Positions 50,468 to 64,000 of a stretch of 64,000 bases of DNA are shown here, piece by piece. Each line of letters begins with the position of its first letter. Position 1 is the first letter of the stretch. The translations under genes were made by a program, and so were the position numbers. Source of the stretch: Welwitschia mirabilis (taxonomy: Eukaryota); NCBI GenBank assembly GCA_051453625.1, contig JBOZIK010000001.1:49199645-49263644 (forward strand), in the 5' to 3' direction. The notes below the pieces were generated by a model, which searched no databases, had not been told where the DNA came from, and saw only the letters and a list, made by a program, of their open reading frames with translations.

Positions 50468-53205
50468 TAAATTTATCATGTATGTATATCATGACATAAC
50501 TATTTTAACTATTATCTTTTATATATTATTCTTAAACACAAATATAGAATAATTTAAAAGTTTAGGTGGACATTACAATTTTATTCATATTTGTCTTAGA
50601 TAATTATAAAACTTTGGAACATTAACTTGTAATGGCATTTTAGGTAATTCATTGGGGAAGTGAGCTAGTCTTCAAGGATTGCTAAGGAGTTCTTCTTGCT
50701 TTTTTCTTTCTTTACTATAAATTTTTTTTTTTTATAATGTAAAAGTTGTTTTTCTTTTATTTCAATTCATGAGTAATATTTTAATTGAAAAGCTTAGGTA
50801 ACTACCTTAATCATCAAGTTTATCTAAGTTATATGAACTTATTTTTATCACTCAATATAAGTCTTTTAATTTCATAGATCTTAAGTGCTTTATGGATCCT
50901 TACTTTCTATTCTTATTTTTAAGACTAGAGTGTTAATTAAATTCATCATTTATCATATGATGAATGAGATTACGGCCAATGACATGGAACAAAAGAATTT
51001 GATGGTTTTAAGTGTTTTTTAGGAAGGCAATTGGAGAACATTAGAGTGAATGATTACTTAGGATGAATCAGTGATACCTTAGAGCTACTTTCCTTCCCTC
51101 CTTTCTTAAGACAAAGTTTAACTTAAAACTTTAAACATCATTTTCTCTTTATTTCTTTTTCTTAAATTTGTAAATTGTATTAAATATTTAGTTAGTATAA
51201 ATCTGAACCTAAACCCATGTTATCCTAAGGAATAACAGTAGTTGAGTATAAACTTAGCTTTAAAGCTAGTCATTGTGCTACATTAATCAAATTTTAGCAC
51301 TGCTATTAGCATAATGGCACAGTACTTGCTTAAAAAAGCACAACCTTTTCTTGCTTATAAGTTTTTAGTTATATTTTATTTTTCTAGTGGTAAATATTAG
51401 TCCTTTCTAATGATACCTAAACTGATCCATTTTTCCTTTCTTTTCTATGCTTTCCAGTGGTTGGTACTAGTCCTTTGAGTTATATTTAAACTAGGTCTAT
51501 TTAGATTTTTTTTCATTTTTATTCTAACTTGTTCTTATTTAGGTATACCTATTTGTTTGTAGGTTGCCTTAAGAAGAAAACTTAAAAATTTAACTTATGT
51601 TGCATGATTTTAATTTTTTTTGCATTTTTAATTCAAATATTTTATAAGCTCAGAATTTAAAAACATTAAACATCTTAAAATATTTAATCAAATTTCATTA
51701 AATGTTAATTTCATGTATGCTCATATTTTTATTTTCATTATTCTATGATCCTTCAATGTTGTTTAATCTGCAAGACATTTACAACGCTTTGTAATTTTTT
51801 TGTAACATTAACTCTCATCCTAATTGGTGTTATTGTCTTACTTGACTGATGTCACTAAATATTGTACATAAAACACTCTATAAAACTCATAGAATCATTT
51901 TTTTAACTCAATAAAACTTTTTGAATAATAGACCCTCTGAAAATTTATACAATTAAGAAAATGTGAATCTTAAGTTAAAATCATAATTAATTTACTTAAA
52001 AAATTATCATGAGTTAGGCACATAATTCATTTGATACACCTTATAAACCCTAATTTAATTATAGAAATAGTGATAATCCTATAATACTCCAAATTATATT
52101 CAACATAAAACTATAGGTGATTAAATTAAGCCTAAGAAAACTTTAAGGAATTTCATCTAACTTAATCACCACAACCCTTACCGTTTACCCTCATCTCCAT
52201 AATTATTTGATCAACACACTTGGAATTCCAATGAAAATACTTATTTCAAATTTAAAATATCTTACTTTCAATAATATTTTAATCTTATGTTTTATACCAT
52301 CCATTATGACCCTTATTCCTCCTTAATGTATTAATCAACTTCACCCTTTAATTCTTATCCTTTATATTTCCATGAATACCTCTCATCTTCCATTTCATAT
52401 TCTTCATCATTTAATCAATACCATTCATCTCTTAAAACTCAATAACCCTCTTTTAATTTCTTAACAGATACCCTTAAAAGATTTATGAAAGACAAAATGC
52501 AAATAAATCAAAGGCTTGAGTAAAATATCCAATAGTTAAACCAAGTCACAACTCAAATCTTTAGGATCGTTAACCAAAAAAAAGATAAAGAGCTTCCTAC
52601 ATTCCATGAGCCTAAAGACCTAGAAAACTTTGAAGGGACTAGCGAAAGTAACATCAACAACACCTGAATCATATCCCTTAGAAATGATTTAAATCCCACA
52701 GTGAAGCCAATGATGATATCCAAGGCGATCTTGACTTGAGAAACACACTACTGAATGATCAATTATTTGTAATAAATCCATATTTTGGAGTAGGATTAAA
52801 TACATTAGAGGATGAATCATAAGATGAACAACAATGTAAGGATTAATATACTTTATAGATTTCTAAAAAAAGGATGAGCCATTAAGAAATTTTAAGAAAG
52901 AGAACATTAGATCATAATAATTGTTACTTAAGGAAACACATGAGAACTAATCTTATTATAACCTTAATGATGAAGAAAATATTAGAAAAGAGTCATTTAT
53001 GATCCATCTCCATCTCTTTATTAATAACTTTATGAGCCAATTATTTCACCTTTAACTTTATCTAAGCAAGACCCAAGTCTTAGTAAAGAAGATAAAACTT
53101 ATGCAGAATTGTAACCAAATTTTAAAGACTATGATTTTTTCAATTCGGTTTTGTCTTTCTTCCAACATGATATCTTTCAAGAGTTTTTAATTAAATATAA
53201 GCCTA
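50468..53205 (+). mobile_element. Another family A copy: partial LTR, decayed PBS, internal region, truncated
   Basis: The LTR 3' half ends ACATTAATCA (~51290). The leader is homologous to 49345-50200. The internal LLNDQLF...GLNTLEDE and DIFQEFLIKYK match 7700-8200. Confidence 0.75.
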
Positions 53206-53219
53206 TACAATGTAATGTC

Positions 53220-53800
53220 ATCCCTTTGACCATCAAGAGATAGAAGGATGTATTCAAATATTAGATGAAGTCCATAGTATATAGAAGTAAGATGTTTGGC
53301 TATGAATGCTATAGTTGTCTCTTAGTTAAATTTAGCACTACACAAGTCATAGGTATTTTCAAACCTATTTATATAGTTAAATCTTAAAATTGAGGAATTA
53401 TGAATACCCCTTAGGAAATACTAAAAACCTCTACAATGATGTCTCAGGTGATGCTAAATGTAATGCCAGGGACCATGGTTTTAAGGATAGAGTCTCTAAT
53501 GTGCATTACTTTTGCATTAGGATAGAAAATCTTATAAATTCTATTATCGCTTTTTGGGTATGGAGTTAGGAGAGATTTCCATTCCTAAAATTGGAAAATT
53601 TGTTCAACTAGATTGTATAATGATTTGAAGGTATGAACTTTTATGCCTTATTTTCTAAGGAATATTTTGGATTTGAAATCTATATCAAATTTTAGTCTGG
53701 CTTTCCTACTTATTATATTAAGATGATATATCTACCTTTCCCTAGAAGAAGAGGCTTTAATGTCTTTTCTCTTAGTAGTACAAGATACTCTAGGTATCAT
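53220..53800 (-). pseudogene. Sirevirus env-like (post-pol) ORF remnant
   Basis: From ATG 53800: MIPRVSCTTKRK...VEQIFQF*EWKSLLTPYPKSDNRIYKIFYPNAK...LKTMVPGITFSIT*DIIVEVFSI. This matches the F...GW..L....FY.N....V.G...T...I pattern of plant retroelement env-like ORFs. Confidence 0.65.
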
Positions 53801-54799
53801 TATGCATCAAAACAAACTATTAGAACCACTATGAAAGATATAAAATGTGTAAGATAATGATATGACATAATGAAACACGTGAGAATGGAAAAAAGAAGAT
53901 GTTTCAAGACATCTCATAATGGAAATTAAGTGTGAAAAGGATAGGAATACCAAATTTAAGAATGAAAATAACTAGGTCAATAAACTTTTATACTCAACAT
54001 GTCTTAAAAAATGAAATAAAATCAATTGGAAATTATGATATCCAAATAAAAAATTTCTTACAGCATATTGAATTTCATAAAAAGATGTATAACCATATAA
54101 ATGTAATTTAAAAAAAGCCTAAATTAGCTAAAAGACATTTAAAAATGACTAGTCAATATTAGAGATAATTAAGAAAAGAAGGAAATGATTAAATAAAGAA
54201 AATAGAATGAGAACAATTTTTAACCTAATGAAATTGAAGTAAGGATGTATATAAGAAGATACATTAATGAAGGATAAAGCTAATGTTTCTTGAAATTTAT
54301 CAATAGATGCCTAAAGCAACTTGTATAACACTATGTGTATGTGTATGTGTGAGAAAGAATGTGTGTGTGAAAAAGAGAGAAAGTAGTTTGGAAATAAGTT
54401 ATAAGAATAAGTTAACAGTGGCTAGTTAACCCCTGGGATTAGGCAGTCAATCATTCTAAGCATTTTCTAGATAAAGGATAATTGTCCTATGAAGAATAGG
54501 AGTCAACCAAGTAATATAAGTGGTTAATTGGACATAAAGAGGAATCAAGTTCTTGCTAGACTAATAAAAACAAAGAGGATGATAGTCAATCTAGAAGTGA
54601 TAGAGGGGATGATCATCTAAAGAAATAGTTAAAAGATAGATTATCTAATTTTAAAGGGGTTAACCTAAGGGAAGGAGGTTAACCTAAAATTGAATAAGTA
54701 GGGAAAAAAATCACTAATTTTCATGAGGAAAGATACCACTTATTAACATAGGAATGTTAGATGAAGAAAAAGATATAAGTTCAAGGATAGGATCCAAGA

Positions 54800-57700
54800 T
54801 TTAAACATTAACAAAGGGAAATAAAATCATCTTGAGATACAGGTTGATTATGATATTAACGAGTTGTGAATGAATGGATACATATTCAACTATTATATTC
54901 TTGGATTCAATGTGATCTCTAATTAAATGATATCTAACATTGATGTGTTTGGTGTAAGAGTATAAAATAAAATTCTTTGAGATGTTGATGGAATTAGAAT
55001 TCTCATAGAATATTGTGGTGTTAGATTCATGGATTTTAAGATCATTTAAGGCATGATGAATCAATGAAACTTGAGCTACACAACTACTACTACATGTTCC
55101 ACTTTAGTAGTAGACAAAGCAATAGACATTTGTTTTTTGTTGGCCCAACTGACTAAGTAAGATCCAAGAAAGAAATAATATCATTTAGTACTCTTCTTAT
55201 TGTGTCTATACCTAGCACAATCAGCATTATATAAAGAGATAAATCTAGTAAAGAATCTATAGAAGACCAAATTCCATAATTTAAAGTGCACTTTACATAC
55301 TTGAGAATTCATTTTTTAACTGTAAGATAAGACTTATTATTTTTATATTAATACCTAGCACATAGTCCTATTGAGAAAGTAATATTGAGCTGGTTGGCTA
55401 TTAGATAGAGTAGGCTGATAATATACTCCTATATATCTTGATGTCAACATCCTGTTCATTATCATTTGCATTAGTTTTATCATTGATTTCATACATGTAG
55501 AGTTTAATTTGTAATTTTTCAAGTGGAGCTTCTCTACTAATTCATTTACAAACTTCTATTGGAACAAGAAAATACTATCTTCTCTTTATTTAATCTATAA
55601 TATAAGAAATATTTGAAGCTTATCTAAATGGTTGAATTCAAAAGCGTTAGTCATAACCTTGGCAAAATCATGTGACATAGAGTTCATGGTTGAGTCAAAA
55701 ATAACATCATCTAAATGTATTTGAACAAAATGAAAAAAATTGGGATTGACCTTATTAATGAATAAAATTTTATCAATTTTACCTTTAACAAATTCATTCT
55801 CTATGAAAAAGTGTGTTAATTTTTTATACCATGCTCTTAGTAATTGCTTACATCTGTACAATGCCTTTTTTAATCTATAGACATGGTTAAGATACCTTGG
55901 TTTTTTGAAACCAAGAGGTTGTTTTATAAATAAAGTCTTATTTAAAGTACCATTAAAAAAAACTTTTCACATCCATTTGATAGATTTTAAAATTAAAATA
56001 ACATGATAAAACAAGAAAAATATGGATAGACTCTAATCTAAGAAATTAGAGAAAAGGTTTTCTCAAAGTCCATTCCTTTCATTTAGGTATATCCCTAGCC
56101 CATTAATCTAGTTCTATTTCTTCCCACTTGAGAATTTTTATTTAGTTTACTCTTGAAGATCTATTTTGTTCCTAGTACATTATGATCATTAAGTTTTGAA
56201 ACAAGTTGCATACATCATTCTTCTTGAATTGATTAAGTTCTTATTACATAGCATTTATCCAACATTCATCTTTTTTAGTTTCTAAGGTGAGGATGAAATA
56301 CACATTAGCATAACTTCTCATCTTTACTTTATAACAATTACAAAATCAACTAATAAATCTTTAGATACTTTATGTCCTTGGATTTCTCATAATCAGGTGT
56401 TGTTAAGGATTTCTTAGGAGAAGGTAATGGGATAGAAGGTAAATAAGTAAAGGTTTGATCATTATATTTAACTCTATATGAAATCAATTCTTCTCTTTCA
56501 TCCTCGTTATTATTTTTATAGTACTTTCATCTATTCTAATATGACATCCTTCATTAACTCTACCTAAGTTTTGATTATATAGTCTATAAGCTTTACTAGT
56601 TTCTGAATACCAAAGAGAAGTACCTTTAGAGAATTTTGAATCAAACTTTTTAACTTGATCTTCATCCTTTAAACTATATCACTTACTATCAAATATCTTA
56701 AAGTCTAACACATTTGATCTTTTCTCTTTCCAAATTTCATAAGAAGTTTTAGAAGTACTAGGTCTCGCAAAAGCTCTAATAGATATATAACATACAATGT
56801 TAAAGGGTTCATCCCAAAATATCTTGGATACATCTTTTTCTTCTAGCATTATTTTTGTTATATCTTAAAGAATATTATTCTCTTTATCTACTACATTAGT
56901 TTGTTGTAGGGTTCTAGGATCTAGAAATTCATGAGATACACCCTTTCTTTCATACCCTTCATTAAACAATTTAGTATCAAACTATCCTTCATAATTACTT
57001 CTTATATTATTTATGTTGTATTAAGTTTCATTCTCTAATCTTCTACACAAGACTTTAAATTTATCAAAATATTTATTTTCATGTCTAAAAATCAACACTT
57101 ATGAAAATCTTGAAAAATGATCAACAATTACTAGTACATATTTCTTACCATCAAGACTCTTAATAGGGATAGGATCTACAAGATCAAGATGAAGTAAATC
57201 TAAGTATCATTAAGAGGAAATTTGATTGATCTTAGAAAAACTCTTTCTAGTTTGCTATTCTAACTAATGAGCATGACATAATTCATCTTCAACCTTGCTT
57301 AAAGTTGGAATACCTATAACTAGATCATGCTTTAAGATACTATGGAGATTCTTATCATTAACATGTCCTAAACGTTTATTTTATGATATAATTTTATTTG
57401 ATGATATACAAAAGAAATGCTTACTACCTAAAGCTTGCTTAATGGAATGGGAATTTTTATCTCTATCACTAGTTAAAATAATTTTCCCTTGTATATCTAA
57501 AATATGATAATTTAAATAACTATATAGGACATACATAATTTTGTTATAAATTTGGTTGATGCTAAGGAGGTATTGTTTTAATCCATTTAGATAGAGGACA
57601 TTGTGGATTGTTGGAAAATTATTATCAATAATACTACCAACACTTTTTATCGTTTCCTTGCCATTATCCCTAAATTTCATAGCACCTCCATTGCATTTGT

Positions 57701-57950
57701 TCATGTTTATAAATCTATGTGTGTCTTTTGTTATATGTTTTAAGAAACTACTATCAAAATACCAATGTACATCATTAGTGACTGATAAAGTAGTGTGAAT
57801 TAAAATACTTTTATGACTCTTTCCAAGTATTACAAATATGATAGTTAAGATAGGTGTAATCAAACCTGTTATAGAAATGACAAATAAGTTATCTCTTACT
57901 CTTTTTATTGAATTTAATATTCTGAGCATAAGGTCGTTCATCACTTAATT
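54800..57950 (-). pseudogene. Copia pol remnant (protease, GAG-pre-integrase, integrase, RT, RNase H)
   Basis: Motifs read WYFDSSFLKHITKD (cf. WYLDSGCS.HMTGD), KRLGH, AWYKKLTHFF, VQIHLDDVIFDST (cf. VQIYVDDIIFGST) and TKHINVRYHLIRDHIE. Confidence 0.95.
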
Positions 57951-58199
57951 TGATGTTTTTGAGGATTAAAACTTTATCATTTAATGGATAAGTTTGTTTT
58001 CTTAAATAGGCTAGTACAAATAACGAAGTAAGGAGTAGTACATATCCTAAGACACTATTATCATTTGGTGGTCTTTGTTAAAATAGCGTAGTCTCCAAGA
58101 ATTAGTTACCTATAGAAAAATCTAAAATAATTTTATTTAAGTTATTAATCTTAGAAATTAAACACTCACATTTCTTTTCTCTAACTCTTAAGAGGTCTT

Positions 58200-59584
58200 G
58201 ATGTACTTGATCTTATTTCTAAACTATGCTACTTATGATGCCAAATTCTTCTTTGCAATATCTAATTCTAGTGTTGACCTTTCTTTTTTCCTTTATATTT
58301 TGTTGCATCCTTCTTCAACTGAGAATTATGCTTTAGAATCTTTTTTCTTTTAATAAAGTGTTCTTAGTATGCTTCCATTCAATCACCTTTCTGGTCATTA
58401 TCATTATTATCTTAGTGTCATTGATTTCTTTTTCTCTTGTAGTATCATAAGTATTAATGTTAGAAAACCAAACTTCTTTTTCATCACTTCCTTCATCATT
58501 TGTAAGACCTTGAACATTCTTTAATTCCATTTAATGAATCTAGTTAAGTTAAAGTCAAAATCAACATGTATCTTAGTGATGTATGTCACATCATTTAAGG
58601 TTAATAACATGAGAGAAACCCTTTTATCACTTTAATATGCTTCCAAATTGATTCATTACCATCCTAAGTGGCCACATTACATTTCTTTTTGAAGTCTCTT
58701 GATGCCTTAGTGCTTTTATTATTTAGATACTTAGTTGTCATGTAGCTAAATCATTTACATGTATAGCATTAGGTATTCTTATCTCTTGAGTTTTACTTGG
58801 ATCTTAAAGATGTTGTTTCATGATCCTTCTTGTTTCTCCACATTTTACATGCCAACATCTTCTTAAAATTTCTAGTAAATAAGGTAAGTTTTTCATCCAT
58901 ATCATAATCAAAATTGGAAGATGAACAACTAGAATAATCATATTTTAGTTTTTAGGAGGAGGTAATTGATTTGTATTAAGAGCCATACCTTTTCATTTGT
59001 TATCTTTGTAAAATTATTTAATTTAAAGATAAAAATATCACTTTTCAACTCAAAAATTGGAAGAGACTATAAGGTCATCTCAAAAATTGGTCTTGTCTTG
59101 AGAGGTTCTCTAAGATCCCAAATCCCATTGATGATGTCCACGAGTTTGTTATTGAATTCTATGAAGGTTTAATCTTATTGCATCTAGATTTGCTAAAGTT
59201 GATCATAATATTTTATTTCTTTATCTGTTGATTTGAATTAATCTTTTCATGTGTTACTTGTAACTAATCCTAAATTTCTTTAGTCGTAGTAAAATTCCTT
59301 ACCTCCTTATAATCTTATACCATAACTGAGAACATTCTTTTTTTTTTTCCCACTTATGCATAACCTTATCCTTATTAGCATCTTTCCATCTACTCCTTAC
59401 TTTAACCATAAATATTGTTAATTCATCAACATCCTATACTTCCATTGAAGGATAGAATGCTTTTTTAATAAGTTTCCAATGGTAAAAAAATCATTTCTTG
59501 AATAAATACTTACATTCTAATATTTCAAAGCTTATAGTTATCACTAGTAAAGTAGGAATAATGGTTTATTAGTTGGACTTCCAT
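58200..59584 (-). pseudogene. Sirevirus gag remnant
   Basis: From ATG 59584: ...FTSDNYKL*NIRM*VFIQ (cf. F.G.NY..WK.RM..FI), followed by a UBN2-like region. Confidence 0.7.
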
Positions 59585-59650
59585 GATTAATAATCTATTA
59601 AACAATTAAAATAAAAGCAAAAATACCTACATCAAAAATCTAGTACAAAG

Positions 59651-60676
59651 TTTTACAACTAGCTATCGTAGAGAGAATGGGTGAGTATGATAGCTAAGGT
59701 AAATTTAAAAAATTTAATTATATGACATAATGTTTTACCAATGTCATATATCAACCAATTAATAATATTTAGGTCCAAATTAACTCTAATGATACTTCAA
59801 ATAATTAATAATAAATATAACAATTAAGCATGGTAATTTAATTAACTAATAATATGGAAAAGATACAAAGTAATGAAAACAAGATTGTTTTCCTTTATTT
59901 CTAGTACAACCTACAACCACACTCTAATGGAACTTTGTGGTAGTTCTCCACCAATTCAATTGAGATTTTCTAGAAATTATTAGCCATAAGAACAAGCCAA
60001 ATTGACCTGATTAGAATAGTAATTAAGGGCTTTGATGATTAAAGAAGGAATGACATCAAGTGGCTTATGTAGATGTAGTTATTTCAGTGTTTTTTTCTAA
60101 ATTACAAGAAAGATCAAACATTCTTTAAAGTTGTAATAGCTTCATTATTTATAGAAGATGAAGTTTGATTATTATCAATTAATCAGGGTGTTCAAGAAGA
60201 CTATGGTAAGCTTTAAAATGATTTATTACCATTTCAAAACATCTTTTCGATCATTTTCAATAGACTTTAATGGTCATATTTTTATTAATGAGTAGCCTAG
60301 TAGTCAACCCCTTTGAAGAACAAGTTAACCTCTCTTTTTATATACATTTGACATAAGTTAGGTAGTTGACCTCTAGGTAGTCGAGTCCTTAATGGAACTA
60401 GTTGATTACTCCATGATGTTTTACTCCTTTTTTATTAACATGTGGTTGATCCCCTAGAAAATATTAGTTGATTACTTAATGTATTTTGCTGCTTTCTAAT
60501 AGTTTGAAAATCTTTTTCTTTTTTGGCCTTGTGTCCTAGTTACCTTATGTGTCTTTAGTAATATCTTTCAGTGTTTAGTTTTAAGTCTTTTTATTTCAAT
60601 CCTGTACAAGAACATTCCATTAGTGATCTTGTATGAAATTTAACTTATCATCAATTGACATCTATGAGGTGCAACA
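59651..60676 (-). repeat. Sirevirus-like 5' LTR
   Basis: The rc terminus is TGTTGCACC...TTGATGATAA. It contains repeated decayed GTCGAC-core motifs at 60295-60480 and a U5 motif near 59665-59690. Confidence 0.7.
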
Positions 60677-63600
60677 AAATAATGATATGTACTTTAGTCT
60701 CTAAAGAAATTGATGCAAGAATCATTATTAAGGATATGTAAAAGAAGTGTTGGGATTAACTTCAATCACAGTTAAGGGAAAATTTCAAAATAGCCCAATC
60801 AAACAAATGAGGGATAAGAAGGAATCTAGTAACATCCAAATTCAAAGAAGTAACTCTTTTAATAATTTTCTTATTAGAATATGTACAACCCTAATAAACT
60901 TAGATGAATATGATTATGATCTTAATGCAAGGTAAAAAATTGAAAGGATGATTCAAGTATTTTATAATGATTTTTAATTCAAGTAATGCATGATCACCAC
61001 ACTTTAGACAAATGACCTTAATTTTTATACTATTCATGAATTGGTTTCTTAATTAAAAGCTTTGAAAGACATTAAAATTATTAAAAATCCTAAGGATAAA
61101 GCAATTTCCAAAAATTATTATGGTAAAATAAGAATAAATAATATGAATGCTATACTATTAATAATCCTAGAAGCCTTACATATCATCTAAAAAAAGTTTG
61201 AAATCAAATTTATGTAATGATTCTAGTGGATATAAAGTTCATAAATAACATAAAAAAAATGATGTCAATGGATTTATGTATTAAAGATGAATCAATTATT
61301 TAGCATATGAGACTGGAACCTACTTACTACCATGTTACTACTATGAAACATTCATCAGTACACATTAGTATGTGTGATACTTATGAAAAAGGTGACGGGG
61401 AGGGGGGAATACAAGACCTTATAATAGAATAATCTAAAAAATGATTAGTCCTCTTAAGCTCCTTTACATAGACTTAGCTGATCCAATGCAAGAAATCACT
61501 TCCAAAGTATTAAAGTATGAAAGTAGTTTTATGATTATTATTGATGAATTTCAAGGTATGCTTGGTTATTTATTTGAAATGCAAGAGACAACGTGTTTTC
61601 TATTTTTAAATATTTCAAGAATAATGTGAAAAATCAATTGAGGATCAAAATTAAAACAACTAGAAGTGATAATAAGATGAATTTGTTAATAATAATTTTG
61701 ATCATTTTTATGATGAGCATTTCATCCAAAAGCAAACCACATGTGCATACTCTTCTCAATCTAATAGAGTAATTAAAAGAAAAAAAATGGTATTATGTAA
61801 GAAATATGAAGTTGCTTTCTTTTGAAAAGTAATCTTTCAAATTCATATTGGGAAGAGGATATCACTATGTCAATAGATCTTTTAAATATAATTTGTAACC
61901 TAGCTAATAAAGGTAAGATCCCCATATGAGTTGATTTTTAAAAATTCTCCCATTTTACCACATTTGAAAATATTTGGTTAAAAGTTAAGTGCATGTTACA
62001 TCTCAATTGATTTAAGAATTAGATGCTAAAAGAAAGTAGTACATATTTATGAGCTATGAATTGAAATATTATGATTATTATTGTTTTGATCCTCTTGATT
62101 ATGAATACTATGTCTTAAAGGATGTAAAACGTGATGAATTTAAATATGGATTTGGTCTTTTATTTAAAAGTTAATAGGAAATAATAATCAAATTATTTTT
62201 TAATAGCAATACATTTCTTCTAGATTACTTAAAAGCTAATCATCAACTCAAATGTTTAATATAAATTTTCAAAGGAGATTTAAAAGAAGGAAAAATAAGC
62301 ACACATTTTGTTGCATTCTTAACACATATTGAAGAACCCAAATCAATCAGTGAACCATTAAATTATCTATTTTTAAAAAAGATAATGTAAAAGAATAGGA
62401 ATGAAGTTTTACAGAATTGTATAATGAAGTTAGTTGACTAGCTTAAAGGTAAGAAAATAATTAATTTTAAATGAGTTTTTAAAATAAATCTTGATGAAAC
62501 TTTTAATATGATTAGACATAGAGCTAGGTTAGTATGTAAATGTTATATACAAAAGAAGCACATTAATCATGAGGATATTTTTACACTAGTGGCCTATTTT
62601 GAAGAAATTAAATTAATGATTTCTTTAGCTATTCATAGAGGATTTAAATTGCATCAAATGGATGTAAATAATTCTTTTTTCAGTGGATTTTTAAATGAAG
62701 AGGTTCAAATTTTGAACCTAATGATTTTTAGGTTAAAGGTAAAGGTGAAAAAATTTTTAGGCTTTATAAAGATCTTTATGACCTTAATCTTGATTCAAAA
62801 GGATAAATGATTATCTTATTGAAAGAGGATAAAAATCATGTATTTTTAGTCCATTTAAATATCAAACATGATAGAGGTAACTTTATTATGATTTCATTAT
62901 ATGTAGATGATATTGGTTCTTTTCCTCAAGTGAAAAGTTGATTGATGAATTTATAAGAAAGATGAAATTAAAATATGAAATGAAGGACCTAAACATCCTA
63001 TAGTATTTTTTATGTATTTAAATGGAGCAATTTAATGGTTATTCATTTATTCATAAATGTAAATTGTCCTAAGTCATGATAGGGAAAACATGATTTATTT
63101 AATAAAAAGGTGGCGAAGGCTATTATTTTCTATGATCTTAAGTTTGAAATAAAGGATATTTTAAGAAATGTTGTTGACTTCCCATATACAAACATGCTTG
63201 ATTCTCTTTAATTTCTTTATCATTCTATGCTAAACATTACGTTTGCTACTTTATTTCTAAGTAAATATAATTAAGAGATGAGGGAGAACTATCTTTCATC
63301 TCATAAGCATTTCATAAGGTATGTTTTAGAAACACTTTCTTATGGATTGAAATTGATAAATATGATGAATAATTGAGATTGTTTGTAATAGCTAATTAGA
63401 GTGATAGCTTAAATAATAAATAATCTACTTTAGGTTATGTGATATTTTATGAAGAAAATGAAATATATTGGAAATCTAAAAAATAATCTTCTATTTCTCT
63501 TTCTTCTGTGAAGGCTACATATATCTCTACGCTTGATGATGTTCAACATGTTTTATAGATTTTAAATTTTTTTGAAAATTACAATTTAATATTGAAATTC

Positions 63601-63830
63601 TAATTAACATATATGTTGATAACATGAATTCCATCCCATTGTCTTAAAAACACACTCTCTATAAGAAAAGAAAACACTTTAAGATAAAATACTATTTCAT
63701 CAAAGACAAGATAAAGGAAGAACTTTTAACTTCCAAATGTACATCTACTCATGAACACACATCTTGTTTGTTGATAAAAAGGCTTTATTCTTTTAAGATG
63801 AATTACTTCATCATAAAACTAGCATGATTA
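60677..63830 (+). pseudogene. Copia pol remnant (integrase-RT-RNase H)
   Basis: Motifs read PLKLLYIDLADP (IN), RARLVCKCYIQ...LHQMDVNNSF..G.LNEEV, SLYVDDI (~62895-62915) and KHFKIKYYFIKDKI (RH). Confidence 0.9.
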
Positions 63831-63859
63831 GTGTTGAAAATATTGATGTAGATCCTCTC

Positions 63860-64000
63860 AAAGGAAGGATTAACATGATTTTTGGTTTGATGTGATCACT
63901 ATTATGTTGTAATTAGAGTATTTTTTATGTCTTCTTAGTGTTATGTTCTTATGTAAGTTACCTAAGTCCTTTTATTTTTATGTTATATTCAAAAAGTATG
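63860..64000 (+). repeat. Probable PPT and start of the 3' LTR of the terminal Copia element
   Basis: A purine tract, AAAGGAAGGA, lies ~30 bp after the end of RNase H and is followed by T-rich LTR-like sequence. Confidence 0.45.

Larger units (their letters stand above)
53206..60676 (-). mobile_element. Near-complete degenerate Sirevirus (Copia) element lacking the 3' LTR
   Basis: The 5' LTR lies at ~59651-60676 (rc starts TGTTGCA, rc U5 motif TACTCACCCATTCTCTCT), with a decayed PBS at ~59637-59648. Gag, PR, IN, RT and RH follow in Copia order, then an env-like ORF and an internal PPT-like TCCCTTTGACCATCAA at ~53221. Confidence 0.85.

Noticed and set aside
788..62810. Remaining short ORF-track entries as host genes
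   Set aside because: They fall in LTRs, antisense to TE remnants, or are fragments of the pseudogenised TE ORFs. No exon structure or host protein was recognisable.

Overview
This is very AT-rich eukaryotic DNA, most likely angiosperm nuclear sequence (inferred from the retroelement lineages present), with 8 assembly gaps. I found no intact host gene, RNA gene or CRISPR array. The window is a nested stack of decayed retroelements. It contains L1-type LINE remnants, and a Copia element (2.6-16.8 kb) split by two later insertions, one with a perfect ATTAG target-site duplication. It also has two Athila-like (Ty3/gypsy, tRNA-Asp PBS) LTR families in several copies, here called A and C, plus Athila gag and pol remnants. 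Two Sirevirus-like Copia elements are present, one nearly complete with an env-like ORF, and a further Copia pol lies at the right end. Where an ancestral state can be inferred (PBS copies, palindromic LTR motifs), mutations run almost entirely G/C to A/T. The least explained features are a ~2.3 kb decayed reading frame of unrecognised type (38.3-40.7 kb) with an adjacent CpG-retaining, purine-skewed tract, and a conserved RT-less internal ORF shared by family A copies. All calls come from manual reading and translation. Coordinates are approximate unless a boundary motif is quoted.
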